Of a stretch of DNA of 64,000 nt, positions 41,413 through 53,782 are shown one piece after another (within the stretch, counting starts at the first letter, position 1; each line of letters starts with the position of its first letter). Both the position numbers and the translations under genes were made by a program. Origin of the DNA: Octopus vulgaris (Eukaryota); NCBI GenBank assembly GCA_951406725.2, contig OX597822.1, positions 47,120,001 through 47,184,000 on the forward strand. Reading direction: 5' to 3'. Below the pieces are notes generated by a model, which had not been told where the DNA came from, searched no databases, and saw only the letters and a program-made list of their open reading frames with translations.

Positions 41413-41448
<36 letters not shown>

Positions 41449-41534
41449 TCGGTAAGTGTATATATGTGTGTGTGTGTGTGTGTATATATACACATATATA
41501 CATATATATAGAGAGATAAATAAATAGAATATTC

Positions 41535-41918
41535 TTTCTTTTGTTTTAATCATTTGGCTGCGGCCATGCTGGAGCACTACCTTCAGTCGAGCAAATCGAC
41601 CCCAGGACTTATTCTTTGTAAGCCTAGTACTTATGCTATTGGTCCCTTGTGCCGAACCGCTAAGTTACGCGGACGTAAGCACACCAGCATCAGTTGTCAA
41701 GCGATGATGGGGGCACAGACTCCGGCACGCATATATATATATATATATATATATACGATGGGCTTCTTTCACTTTGCGTCTACCAAATCCACTCAGAAGG
41801 CTTTGGTCGGTCCGAGACTGTAGTAGAAGACACTTGATCCAGGTGCCACGCACTGGAACTGAACCCAAAACTATATGGTTGGGATGCAAGCTTCTTACCA
41901 CTCAGCCACTCCTGCGCC
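41535..41918 (-). mobile_element. SINE family A copy
   Basis: Reverse-complement match. Confidence 0.85.
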
Positions 41919-42417
41919 GATATAAGTACACACGTGTGTGCGCGCGCGCCCGCATGATTGGACGGACGAAAGATGTGTACATTGGCGAGTAAACTGCTGC
42001 TAAACCTGTGCGTGGGATGAAAATACCTTGTCGTATTTATTCCACCCGATTTGCTCAGACACTCCCACTTCATTGTCGCCATCTCAGATACAGTGGACCA
42101 ATGCTTTTTCTTCGTTGGAAACCTATAATTTATGACGCTGCTGTTTCGTTGACAAGAAGAAGCATGGTTTTGGAAAAGAAACGCGGTTTTTACTCCTCTG
42201 AAGTAGTTTTCTATTATTTTTGTTTCGCTGTTATCTTTTATTTTTTAATTGTATCAGTCATGAGACTCTGGTCATGCTGGGGCACTGCCTTGAAGAATTT
42301 TAGTCGAACGAATTGACTTTTTTTGAAGCCGGTTACTCATTCGATTGGATTCTTGTGTTGAACTGTCAAGTTATGGGGACGTAAACATACTAATACCGGT
42401 TGTTAAGCGGTGGTGAT

Positions 42418-42471
<54 letters not shown>

Positions 42472-42822
42472 CAATAATAATTCTCTAAAAGAGATATAGA
42501 CAGTAACTGCTCGATAACATAGGGACTAAAGCCATCTGAATATGGCTAACAAATCCACATTGGGCTTTGGTCGGCCCGATGCTATACGTAGAAAACACTT
42601 CTTGCCCAAGGTGCCGTGCAGTTGGACTGAACCCGGAACCATGTGATTGGGAAGGGAATTTCTTAGCAGACAGCTACACAGCCACTCCTGCGCCTGATTT
42701 TAGAAACAGAAATGATAGTGAAAGGAGGGGTGAAATGGCATTGAAGTTAATAGGTTACAGTAAAGTATTGATGAGATTAACTGAACAATATCATATAAAC
42801 GCAGTCGTGGCTGTATGTTAAG

Positions 42823-42855
<33 letters not shown>

Positions 42856-42924
42856 ACCGCGTGTGTACCGTTGGCGATTTTTTTTTCCTCTGTCTTCCCT
42901 TCTCTGGATCTTTCCTTCTCCTAT

Positions 42925-42959
42925 GTTTCCGACGAAGAGCTCCGCTCGAAACGTTAAAC
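42925..42959 (+). ncRNA. Minimal hammerhead motif (U4C) in a ~175-bp element between microsatellites
   Basis: GTTT-CCGACGA-A-GAGC(TCC)GCTC-GAAA-CGTT-AAAC; loopless palindromic stem III AACGTT. Confidence 0.65.
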
Positions 42960-43027
42960 CCTCCTTCTTTCCTTCTTTCCTGAGCGTCCAATAATACTAT
43001 ATTTGTTCCACGTCCTCGCGTTGTCGT

Positions 43028-43101
<74 letters not shown>

Positions 43102-43831
43102 GAAGGGTTTCCTTCAGCTTCCGTCTAACAAATCCACACAGGGCTTTGGTCGGCCCGATGCTATACGTAGAAAACACTTCTTGCCCAAGGTGCCGTGCAG
43201 TTGAACTGAACCCGGAACCATGTGATTGGGAAGGGAATTTCTTAGCAGACAGCTACACAGCCACTCCTGCGCCTGATTTTAGAAACAGAAATGATAGTGA
43301 AAGGAGGGGTGAAGTGGCATTGAAGTTAATAGGTTACAGTAAAGTATTGATGAGATTAAAGTAATTCATGCTTAAACTGAACAATATCATATAAGCGCAG
43401 TCGTGGCTGTATGTTAAGAAGCTTGTTTCCCAACCATGTAGTGTGTGTGTGTGTTGCTTTGTGTCTGTGTTTGTCTTCCATCCCGCTCGACAACCGGTGT
43501 TTGTTTGTTTACGTCCCCGTAATATAGCGTTTCGACAAAAGAGTCCGATAGAATATGTACCGGGCTTTAAAGAAAAATAATTACTTGGGTCGATTCGTTC
43601 AACTAAACTTCTTCAAAGCAGTGCCCCAGCATGGTCGCGGTTTCACGTCTGATACAAGTAAAAGAAAAGAAAAGATAGAAATACGATAACTTGTATTTTT
43701 ATTCTTGGTATATTCTTTATGCTTCCTGGAAGATTCGAACGTTAATATGACAATCGCTGTTGTGCTCGTCACAGGAGAACAGTTTCTTCTTTCCAACGAA
43801 TATGTGTTCTTAATGCACTCAGGGGATTTTG

Positions 43832-43868
43832 GGACACCGGTGTTTCGACGTTGTTGTGTCTTGTCAGC
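43832..43868 (-). ncRNA. Decayed hammerhead motif
   Basis: Minus strand: CTGACAA-GAC(8 nt)GTC-GAAA-CACCGGTG-TC; G8A is uncompensated and stem I is lost. Confidence 0.45.
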
Positions 43869-44034
43869 TTGAGGCACTCTCCGGACCAATAAATCTAACA
43901 TGATCCGATGGTCTTGTTTATAATTTTAAAGAACAAACTGATCCGTGCTGATATCTGCCAACTAATATGATATGCATGCCGAACAGCAAGATTAAATACG
44001 ACGATATGCATATTTAAATAAATTGTGGTATTAA

Positions 44035-44420
44035 GGCGTCGGGCCCGGCAGAATTGTTACGACGCCGGCCAAAATGCTTTGCGGTATTTCGTCTGCCGTT
44101 ACGTTCTGAGTCGAGGTCGACTTTGCCTTTCATCCTTTCGGGATCGATAAATTAAGTACCAGTTACGCACTGGGGTCGATCTAATCGACTTAATCCGTTT
44201 GTCTGTCCTTGTTTGTCCCTTCTGTGTTTAGCCCCTTGTGGGTAGTAAAGAAATAGAAATAGGTATTTCGTCTGCCTTTATGTTCTGCGTTCAAATTCCG
44301 CCGAGGTCGACAAATACTTTGCAGTATTTATTTGGACACTTTATGTTCCTAATTCAAATCCCGCCGAGGTCAACTTTGCATTTCATTCTTTTGAGGTCGT
44401 TAAATTAAGTGCTCGCTATA
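44035..44420 (+). mobile_element. SINE family B with partial tandem re-initiations
   Basis: Body followed by repeated GGTATTTCGTCTGCC...GTTCAAATTCCGCC segments. Confidence 0.8.
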
Positions 44421-45605
44421 CAGACGCAGGCATGGCTCTGTGGTTAAGAAGCTCGCTTTGGAACCACGTGGCTTTGCGTTCGGTCCTCCTCCTGCGTGGT
44501 ATTTTGAGCGAGTGGCTTCGGATCTTATCGGGTTGGCTACCAGCATCAATTCTGTTCGAATTGATTTCATATTCAGTGTAATTATACACTTTTATAGGCT
44601 AATTAATGACGTGAAAGTAATTTTCGTTATAAATCAATAAATAAAGAGTTATTAACAATTAATGATTGAGCATTTTGGTAATTTTAACCAATCGTAAGCC
44701 ACAGACACATTCATGCCTGCTTCGAGAGTAAGAAGCGGAACATGAGAACTCCTTTGTCTCTCAACGTGTTTGTTGCCATAGTAACAAGCAAATCTGAGCA
44801 GTCTTTGAAAAATTTTTTGTCTGAGAAGAAGCACGTGTTGACAAATTTGACGCCGTGTTTTGTGTTCTGTGTTCTTTGTGATTATGGAAGCAAGCTCCAG
44901 TAACTTCGCTTCTATTATGGAAACATTGAAAACAAAGGAGGATATTTTAAAAATTAAAACCGAAAGTTAAATGTTTGTCTTTTAGTGCTTAAATGCTTCT
45001 TTTTAAAGCCTATTTTGTTCACTCTTACTTTCATATATAACATATAAACATGTGCATCTTTTGGAACATTGTCGTTTTATAAGATTTTGCTGGCAAATTT
45101 TTTATTTAACATACACATTTATTTACACGAAAGAAAATTACCGGAGAACTTTCATCTAATTCTTCCAAATCTTTCTGGTAAAAATTGTAATTTGTTTATC
45201 AAATGCAACGTGTTGTTTATCGCATTTGCATTAAATGTATATTGAATGCTTAAATCTTTGTTTACTCGTTTCTTTTCATCGTTGAGCATTGAGGTGGTTG
45301 TGCTGTGTGCTAAAAATAACAGCTAAATAATATTTGGGGGGTAAGTCTTTTAAATTAACATAAATACTTATTTACATGAAAGGAAATTACCGGAGACATA
45401 AAACGTGTTGTTTACAAATATTGACAATAAGTGCTATTTTCAAGATGTTGACGACAAAATGTGCAGTCATGCACAAAACGACAGCTTCCAAATCCTATTT
45501 CGTGACTGGGTGAAAATGATCAAACTTTAAACCTCTATAACTTTTTTAAAACATTTTAATGGAAAAAAAAATGAAATAACTCCAGCAATTCAATTTGGGC
45601 AAGTA

Positions 45606-45935
45606 CGGATTCCATGGACAGCGAAGCTCACCAATGGAGAAGTTCTTAAGCAGATCAGGCTGAAAATGTCGCTAGAAGCTAGGATCACCAAGCATAGATT
45701 GGCATATTTCGGCCATATTATGCGGAGAAAATCCCTGGAGAAGGACATCATGCTCGGAATGGTCAGTGGCAAGAGAGGAAGAGGCCGACCAAGAACCCGC
45801 TGGCTTGACACCATCAAGAGTGATACCGGAATGGACATCGCCAATCTGAAAGAAGCGGCCCAGGATAGAACTGACTGGAGGACACTGATCCAACGAGTAA
45901 CCGAGAGTCGACTTCGACTGAGCGGATAGATAGAC
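45606..45935 (+). mobile_element. 5'-truncated RTE (BovB-like) LINE 3' end, reading frame still open, short (TAGA) tail
   Basis: RIPWTAKLTNGEVL...LAYFGHIMRRKSLEKDIMLGMVSGKRGRGRPRTRWLD...AQDRTDWR...ESRLRL. Confidence 0.92.
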
Positions 45936-46593
45936 TTGTATTATTGTGGTAAATTTTTTTAATTTTCGGTAAACTTCAATTTTTGGAAATGCTCACAGCC
46001 AAAGCGATAAGATCCGTGCCTTCTATTATAACGCTGGGTGGACCAACGTCTTGTGAGTGAGTTTGGTAGTCAGAAACTATGTGGAAGCCCATAGTATATG
46101 TTAATGTGTGTGTTTGTCCACTCTACTACCACCATCGTTTAAAAACATGCTGTTAGCACGTTTGGTGACCCAATACCCGTCTATGCACTTCTCGCACATG
46201 CTTCACCCGCTCGACCCTGTTTCGCCGATGCGCGCGAGGTCAAGTCGCGGAGCACGCGCGCAGATCATAGTTTTGTTTGCTTCTTGCGGTCAGAGGCAAG
46301 CAGTAGCAGAGCAGCGCGTCGTATTGGAAGCAGCTCGCTGCTCGGGCCAGCTGCCCACGCTCGCGTGATCATTGCTTGGTGGTCAGCCAGTGCGCACGTT
46401 TTTTTCCGGGAGTTCTCTTTAATGAGTGTCCGAGCAGAAATGTAGCCGTGAGAAGGAGCGAGGTGATCGTTCACCACGGGTGATACTTTTATGGGGGCGG
46501 CATTTTTTAGTCTGCTGTATGGGGTGGCGGCACACATTCTAGCTATACCTGTGTATCCGGGGCGGAAGATATGAATTTTGAATCTACTTCCGT

Positions 46594-46649
<56 letters not shown>

Positions 46650-47543
46650 TACAAACTCGTATATTTGCACATATTATTTATACATATTCACATATATATC
46701 ATATTTATATGTGTACAATATGATAAAGCGGCGAACTGGCAGAATCGTTAGCGCTCCGAGCAAAAATGCTTAGCGGCATTTCGTCCGTATTTACGTTCTG
46801 AGTTCAAATTCCAGTGAGGTCGACATTGCCTTTCATCCTTTCGGGGTCGATAAAATGGGTACTAGTTGAGCACTGTGGTTCATTACATCGACACACCTCT
46901 TCCCCGAAATTGCTGGCCCTATGCCCAAAATTTGGGACTTATATGCATACATTGTAATAGATTATATAATATTACCCTCAGTTTAAATGTTATATTTGCG
47001 TTTGACTTGCTAGAAATACTAAGTAAATCTCCATGAAATCACATCCTACTAAAAAAAAAGAAAGAACATATGGGATAAGGTAGTCCTAAGTGCATTGTGC
47101 CTTGGAAAATGTAGGAGTAGTCACGGATGGAATATTTATGATCATTGGTATATTATGATACACTTCATCTAAAACTAAGGTGGGATGGTCACAACTCAAA
47201 TGCCTTCGATGAAAGCTGACTGGGAGCGAAACAGCAATAGTAGCAACAGAGTCCAAAAGTCAACGACCTTAAACAGGTCTGTAAAAGAATGCGAGGAAAC
47301 GAGAAAAAAGGCAGTAATAGTACATATCAAAGTCAATGACCTTAAACAACAACGTCTTGAGAATTAACGGGGTTTAACAGCTATAACAACAGCAAAAGCA
47401 GCGAACGACAGAATACGAATGCAGCTGTTTGCTATGCTAAAAATAACTGCCAAATTTCCACAAAATCACACACATATACTACCGAATACTAGTTATTGAA
47501 CAAGTATTTCCTTGGATGACACCATCCTTTCATAGTCTCTAAC

Positions 47544-47605
<62 letters not shown>

Positions 47606-47631
47606 GTATATATTATATATATATATATATA

Positions 47632-48477
47632 CTAGCAGAATTGCCCGGCGTTGCTCGGGGCTGAATTGCTTGAAAGTACTGTTAATGATTGCACTGAATT
47701 ATGATGATTATTCAGGCAAATATTGATATAAGTTTACGGTGGGAGATAAGGACTTAACGATCAAACGTGTGCCATTGCATTGTTTTGGGGGAACCAAATT
47801 TCTGATGAGCATTATAGGGGCACCAACTTTAAGTTTGAGAAAGTGTGGTGGTAGTCCGGGGTGCTGAAAGGAATTGAGTACCTCTATTGGATAGTTGATG
47901 ACGTCCTCTGGGTCAGGAGTTGTATCGATAGACTGATATACATAGACTTCCCCAGGAATGAGTTTTAGCATTTCATCATTAATATGGTGAACAGTTTTAT
48001 TCCTCGGGGCCAGTATAGCCTTTTTGCCAATCCAATCCATATTCTGATAATTAGCTTGTAGATCTGAGAACACTGCATCTCTGAGATCAGAAGGCGTCTT
48101 AACAATGGTACAAATGGAATCGATGGCAATATTACCATTTTCATCCCCTGGTATTTTGCCTTCGCCAAGTGCAAGGAGGATGTGAGGAAATGCTGCTGAT
48201 GTGATATTACGTCGCATATGAGCACGCATATTGGTGTGAAGTTTGAGAGTTACTACCCTTTATTAAAAAAAATATGCATTAAAATGGAAAAAAATGATGG
48301 TAAATTATTTGTAAAATCATCGACTCATCGTAGACGCGCGCTAATACCCAGAAGGGCTCGATATGAATCACGACTATAAGATACCCTGTTTTGGTTAAAC
48401 TGCATCGCAAAATGTGGGAGTAGTTAGGAATCTAAATTGGAGTAGACAGACACACAACCTTTCTTTTATATATAAAT
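47632..48477 (-). mobile_element. Non-autonomous Helitron carrying a PIF1-like helicase fragment
   Basis: 3' end CCCGAGCAACGCCGGG hairpin + CTAG|T; ORF 47708-48229 KAILAPRN...GLPPHFLKLKVGAPIMLIRNL...CNGTRL is the Helitron/PIF1 motif. Confidence 0.92.
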
Positions 48478-49152
48478 ATTTTCGTCCTAAAAAACTTTGT
48501 ATGGATTGAATGGTTACCTCTATGGAAATATATACACGCACATTATACATACATGTGTGTATAGATGAATATATAAATACATTTAAATATCTATATACAC
48601 TTTTGGGCGATCTTTCTGTTTCTTAGAGATAACTTTAGATCTTATTTTCGTCCAAAAAAACTTTATATGGAGTGAATGGTTACCTCTATGGAAATATATA
48701 CACACACGTTATACATGCATGTGTGCATAGATGAATATATAAATACATTTATATATCTATATACACTTTTGGGCGATCTTTGTGCTACTTAGAGATAACT
48801 TTAGATTTATTTTCGTCCTAAAAAACTTTGTGCGGAGTGAATGGTTACGTCTATAGAAATATATACACACACGTTATACATACATCTGTGTATAGATGAA
48901 TATATAAATACATTTAAATATCTATATACACTTTTGGGCGATCTTTCTGCTACTTGTATATACTTTAGATCTTATATTCGTCCTAAAAACTTTGTATGGA
49001 GTGAAAGGTTACCTCTATGGAAATATATACACAAACATTATACATACATCTGTGTATAGATGAATATATAAATACATTTAAATATCTATATACACTTTTG
49101 GTCGATCTTTCTGCTACTTGGATATAGGTCTTATATTCGTCGTAAAAAACTT
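48478..49152. repeat. Minisatellite, ~165-bp unit, about 4 copies
   Basis: TATTTTCGTCCTAAAAAACTTTG... recurs at ~48478, 48643, 48808, 48974 and 49133. Confidence 0.92.
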
Positions 49153-49334
49153 TCCTGTCACACACTCACGCACACGCACACACACACACACACACACACG
49201 CACCCTAACACACACGCGCACACACACCCACACACGCACGTTAGCTTACAATTTTATTTATATATTTGCGTGTCAATGTGTGGAAAGAGGAAGTGGGAGG
49301 CAGAGTGAAAGAATCACTCACTACAGTAAGTCAA

Positions 49335-49603
49335 TTACTTTCATTTTATTCGTTGCCCACTGTGTGTGTACGTTTGCGTGTGGTGTAAACCAGACTAAGA
49401 AAAGCATTTGACACACACACCAGAATGTGAGTTTTCTGTAAATTTTGCTTAATTGGAGTTTAAATTTTAAAAACTGGACCTGGCATGACGCGATGCATTG
49501 TACTCTCAAAAATGCTAGGTAAATTGTAATTGAAGAAATCCTATATTGTAGATTTGTATAACTCCCAAAGGGAGGCAGATAAAATCTGCCTTTTATAATA
49601 AGA
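49335..49603 (-). mobile_element. Probable Helitron 5' terminal segment; near-identical copy at 51120-51388
   Basis: Minus strand starts TCTTATTATAAAAGGCAGATTTTATCTGCC; ~270-bp direct repeat. Confidence 0.6.
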
Positions 49604-50240
49604 CTAGCAGTATCGCCCGGCGTTGCTCGGGTTTGTAAGGGAAATAACTATATAAGCATTTTTAGAGAGTTATAGCCAAAAAATAGCAAAAAATGCATTA
49701 AAAATGGAAAAAATATGATGGTAAATTTTTTTTTAAATCGTTGACTCATCGTAGACATTTTTAGAGAGTTACTTCCCTTATATAATAGCGAAAAAATGCA
49801 TTAAAATGGAAAAAAAACGATGGTAATTTTTTTTTTAAATCGTAGACTCATGTAGACGCTTTCTTAGCCATTTCTGTTTTGGTGTCTTCAAGCCATAAAG
49901 TCGTTGTTCTAAAAGAACACTGGTCTCCTTGACAACGCATTACGACGTTGATTTCCTTACACTCCCTTCCCCACAGGTGCAGGTGTGAGCGTGGACGCCA
50001 ACTCCGCCGCCATCGACACACGAAAAATTATGCATTAAAATGGAATAAAAAATGATGTTAAATTATTTTTAAAATCGTAGACTCATCGTAGACGCGCGCT
50101 AATATTCAGACGGGCTCGATATGAATCACGACTATAAGCTACCCGAATTTGGTGAAACTGTACCGCAAAATGTGGGAGTAGTTAGGAATCTAAATCGAAG
50201 GGGACAGACACTCACACAACTACAGTTTTATATATATAGA
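49604..50240 (-). mobile_element. Non-autonomous Helitron, same family as 47632-48477
   Basis: A|TCTATATATATAAAA 5' end, same hairpin + CTAG 3' end, shared subterminal ~250 bp. Confidence 0.88.
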
Positions 50241-50329
50241 TATACATAGCGCAGTAGTGGTGAGATATGACAGCAAAGAAAAGCATACATTCACTCTCTG
50301 CATGCAATTAGACTCGGAAAGTTCGTGAG

Positions 50330-50615
50330 GAACCCATTGACCCAATTTGCTGACTTTTCCGATAGCACACAGGTGTCAATGAATGGTTGAATGACCAAAT
50401 CCAAGCTTCTCTGCTAGTTCCTCAACAGTTACGATGATATTTTGTTCCACCAGGGTTTTCAGGATGTCCTTGTCGAGTTCTACAGATCTTTCAGGATGAG
50501 GCTCGTCTTCTAGGCTGTAGTTTATGGCTCGTGATTTCTGGAACCACCATTGACACTGCCTTACGCTTATTGTCCAATCCCCATATACTGCATTAATATT
50601 TCTTGTACTTTGCAC
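50330..50615 (-). mobile_element. Mariner transposase N-terminal (HTH) fragment
   Basis: INAVYGDWTISVRQCQWWFQKSR..YSLEDEPH..RSVELD..ILKTLVEQ....TVEELAEKLG. Confidence 0.85.
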
Positions 50616-50934
50616 ACATTTATATTCTGTTATTCTTTTATATGTTTCAGCCTTGAGGTTGTGGCCATGCTGGATCATGTGTGTGTGTGTGTGTGTGTGT
50701 CTATCTGTCTGTCTGTATGTATGTATATATGTATATGTATGTGTGTGAACAATAATATTTTCAACAGATGTGTTGCAAATGTATCTGATTGTGCTCAAGC
50801 TTCAATACTGTGTGTGTGTGTATGTGTGTGTGTGTATGTATGTATGTATATGTATGTATGTATATGTATGTATGTATGTATGTGTGTATGTATGTATGTG
50901 TGTGTATGTATGTGTGTGTGTATGTGTGTGTGTG

Positions 50935-50966
<32 letters not shown>

Positions 50967-51385
50967 TGAGTGTATGTTTACTTTATTACTAATTACTCTC
51001 TTCCAAGAACATTTTCACTCACTCTTAGCTCTTAGCTTCCCATACATTTTACTCATGTGTCTATCTGCGTCATAGACAGAATACTTTCACTTTAGTCTTC
51101 CTCAAATCACTGTCGCTATTTACTTTCATTTTATTCGTTGCCCACTGTGTGTGTGCGTTTGCGTGTGGTGTAAACCAGACTAAGAAAAGCATTTGACACA
51201 CACACCAGAATGTGAGTTTTCTGTAAATTTTGCTTAATTGGAGTTTAAATTTTAAAAACTGGACCTGGCATGACGCGATGCATTGTACTCTCAAAAATGG
51301 TAGGTAAATTGTAATTGAAGAAATCCTATATTGTAGATTTGTATAACTCCCAAAGGGAGGCAGATAAAATCTGCCTTTTATAATA

Positions 51386-51426
<41 letters not shown>

Positions 51427-52210
51427 CCCCCTCCCCCGTTTGTTTATCCAATTTTAAACCCTGCACGACTTCTATATACTTTGTCTTTCCTACCCGCCAT
51501 TGCTTCTTTACCAAACTATTTTGGCGCCCTCCGATTCTTCCCCCTCTTCCTCCCATCCTCCTCAATCCCTTCTTTCTCCTTTTCTCTTGGTCACTGATTC
51601 TGTCCCCTGCCTTCCACCCTCTTTGATTCCCTCTCTCTCTGTCTCTCTTTCTCTCTCTCTCCTGCAACCTGCTGCTTCTTAACCATTCTGTTGGCGATCG
51701 TATCTCGACCAACATGTGTCCCCTCTACCGAAAAGGTAATTATTTCTACGCCAGCTGCTATGTTGTTGTTGTTTTTGTCTCATTTGGTCTAAAGTCGTAA
51801 GACAACCACCGTTATATTTTGTTTATCCATTACTGTTTTCAATTTCGTTTTCGTCTCTTGTATTTACATCCGTCTCTTGCGTTTACATTCTTGTCTTCTA
51901 CCAAGAAATCTAATGCTTACAGCTTAGTTTTTGGGGGGGCTGGCCGAGTTGGAGCAAATATCAGAATTGAACAGCCGAAATTTGCTATGATGATTCGGTG
52001 TCTGACTGAAGATTGAAGGCTTCGAATGATTTGTCTGTGTTCCGTGTTCGTCCCTTCCTGTTTCTCACGTTCTTTATATATAAAAACATTTATTCTTATA
52101 TATATATATACTTGAGTAGTTGAATGAATTATCTTATTAAAGATAATTCGAAAGATAACCGATACCTGGGTAGCAAATTCATATCAGACATTTTTGATGT
52201 CGACGTAAGT

Positions 52211-52307
52211 TCCTTGATTTTCCTGAAGAGAAATCTGCATAATGTACTCCTTATTCCTTCGGAATTAGGAATATGCAGCCTTCGAAACATATGTCGAGAA
52301 TAAAGGA
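52211..52307 (+). ncRNA. Type I hammerhead ribozyme, canonical core, in a ~240-bp element (52111-52350) inside (TA)n
   Basis: Stem I TCCTTGATTTTC/GAGAATAAAGGA (11 of 12 pairs), CTGAAGA(52223), stem II GAA..CTGCATA/TATGCAG..TTC, GAAA(52284), palindromic stem III ACATATGT, GUC site (after 52295). Confidence 0.88.
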
Positions 52308-52347
52308 TATTTGTTAACTAGTCGTTCAACTCCATACTTTCATATAC

Positions 52348-52421
<74 letters not shown>

Positions 52422-52424
<3 letters not shown>

Positions 52425-53560
52425 GCAGAGATATCCGGCGTTGCTCGGGAATAAAATAGCATAGTTTGTATATAATATATTACAGTTATGTTGAAACAGG
52501 TGATATGGGAAAGCGCAGCATTAACAACAAAACATTTGTGGAGTAAATGATGGGCTAATTCGACTAAACAATATGCTATACGTCCGTTTGGAATATTTCA
52601 AGCCTTAACCTGTCATGGAAAATTGGGGGTGGGGAGTTATGTGATTTTTTAACGCACCGAAAAGCTGTCAGTGGATATACTCTCTTTTGCAGCAGTCGGC
52701 GCTGTGTCTAACACGACCCATCATCTGAAATTCTGACACCTTCGGGTTTGTTGTCCTACATCACTCATAAAGTAAATTTGGAGGAACTGTGGTTGTTCAT
52801 TTGTGGATAACAGGGAACCAATGACATCGTTTAGTGCATTTCATCCCTTGCCTTTGAACTTTGACATTTATGTTTTACTATCTTCTTAGATGCAGTGAAC
52901 GATGTCATTTGAAATGCAGAGTTGTATTGTCTGATATTGTTAAGAAAATCCTTTGACTGATGGAAGTGCCTTCTAGAAGATACATAAGAGGTTGAGAAGA
53001 AGCTGGTAGTGCTGGTAATGTTACCTTTCCGCCTAAGCAGCACATATCATTTGTTTCATTTGAAAATTTTAAACCTCTGCAGAAACGATAATTTGTGTTT
53101 AGCACACCAATTTGGACAGCGTTATCATTTTTATCAGAATGGGATGGATTATATCTGAAAACAGCTTCAGGCGTTGTGAAGAACGAAATTGTACGCAGTC
53201 TGTTTTTCAGACAGCTATTCTATTGGACCTCTGTACAATCATTAAAATATCGATTTAATGATCCAGCATTAAGTGCTGCAGCATGCATTTTCTGATCTTG
53301 GGAAAGTCTCATCTCTCTTCTCTCTTGAGACTCTGTCTGACGTGCTGCAGCATGCCTTTGCTGATCTTGAGGAAACCTTATCTGGCTTCTCTCTTCAGAC
53401 TCTCGCCTTCGGTTTTCTACAATCTTCTTTGCTTTATACTTGTTTCTGGGGAGATAACGACTTTTCTTTGGTGGCATATTTTTTTCAATATTGTAAACAA
53501 AAAATTATGAACAAAGAAAGAAATTATACAGTAATCTCTATTTTTGTAAGCAGTTGTAGA
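52422..53560 (-). mobile_element. Decayed Helitron with RepHel N-terminal fragments
   Basis: Hairpin + CTAG end at 52422; MCCLGGKVTLP, FLNNIRQYNSAFQMTSF and RRxESxE repeats are typical of the Helitron Rep N-terminus. Confidence 0.82.
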
Positions 53561-53710
53561 TATGTAGTATGTTTTTATTTTTTACGGAGATGTACTCGCA
53601 TAGCAAGTGATTTGATCTGAGATCGTGTGCTGGACGAAAACAATTGCAGCGTGTAAGCCATTTAAGAAACACACAAAAGCCGTTCGATTCACTTCAACAT
53701 TTGAGTTTAA

Positions 53711-53760
53711 TTTGCCAGAATATTTTCGTCGCTAAAATCCGCGACCTGTTCACTGACAAA
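53711..53760 (-). ncRNA. Hammerhead motif with G3-C8 core, UUC site
   Basis: TTTGTCA-GTGAACA-G-GTCGC/GCGAC-GAAA-ATAT-TC-TGGCAAA. Confidence 0.7.
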
Positions 53761-53782
53761 AATCCGAGATGCAGCACGGATT

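Larger units (their letters stand above)
40695..41413. mobile_element. HHR-bearing element in (TA)n: plus copy 40993-41413 with 61-bp terminal direct repeats, and a head-to-head inverted copy 40695-40995
   Basis: Arms 40695-40995 and 41071-41370 are reverse complements (one indel); TTTAGTCCCTTATG...ATTATTGC occurs at 40993 and 41353. Confidence 0.9.

Noticed and set aside
46205-46300. Minus-strand GAAA-CAGG-GTC next to a GC hairpin
   Set aside because: No matching CUGANGA-type core upstream
48478-49152. Regularly spaced repeats, considered as a CRISPR-like array
   Set aside because: Whole units are repeated with no unique spacers; eukaryotic minisatellite
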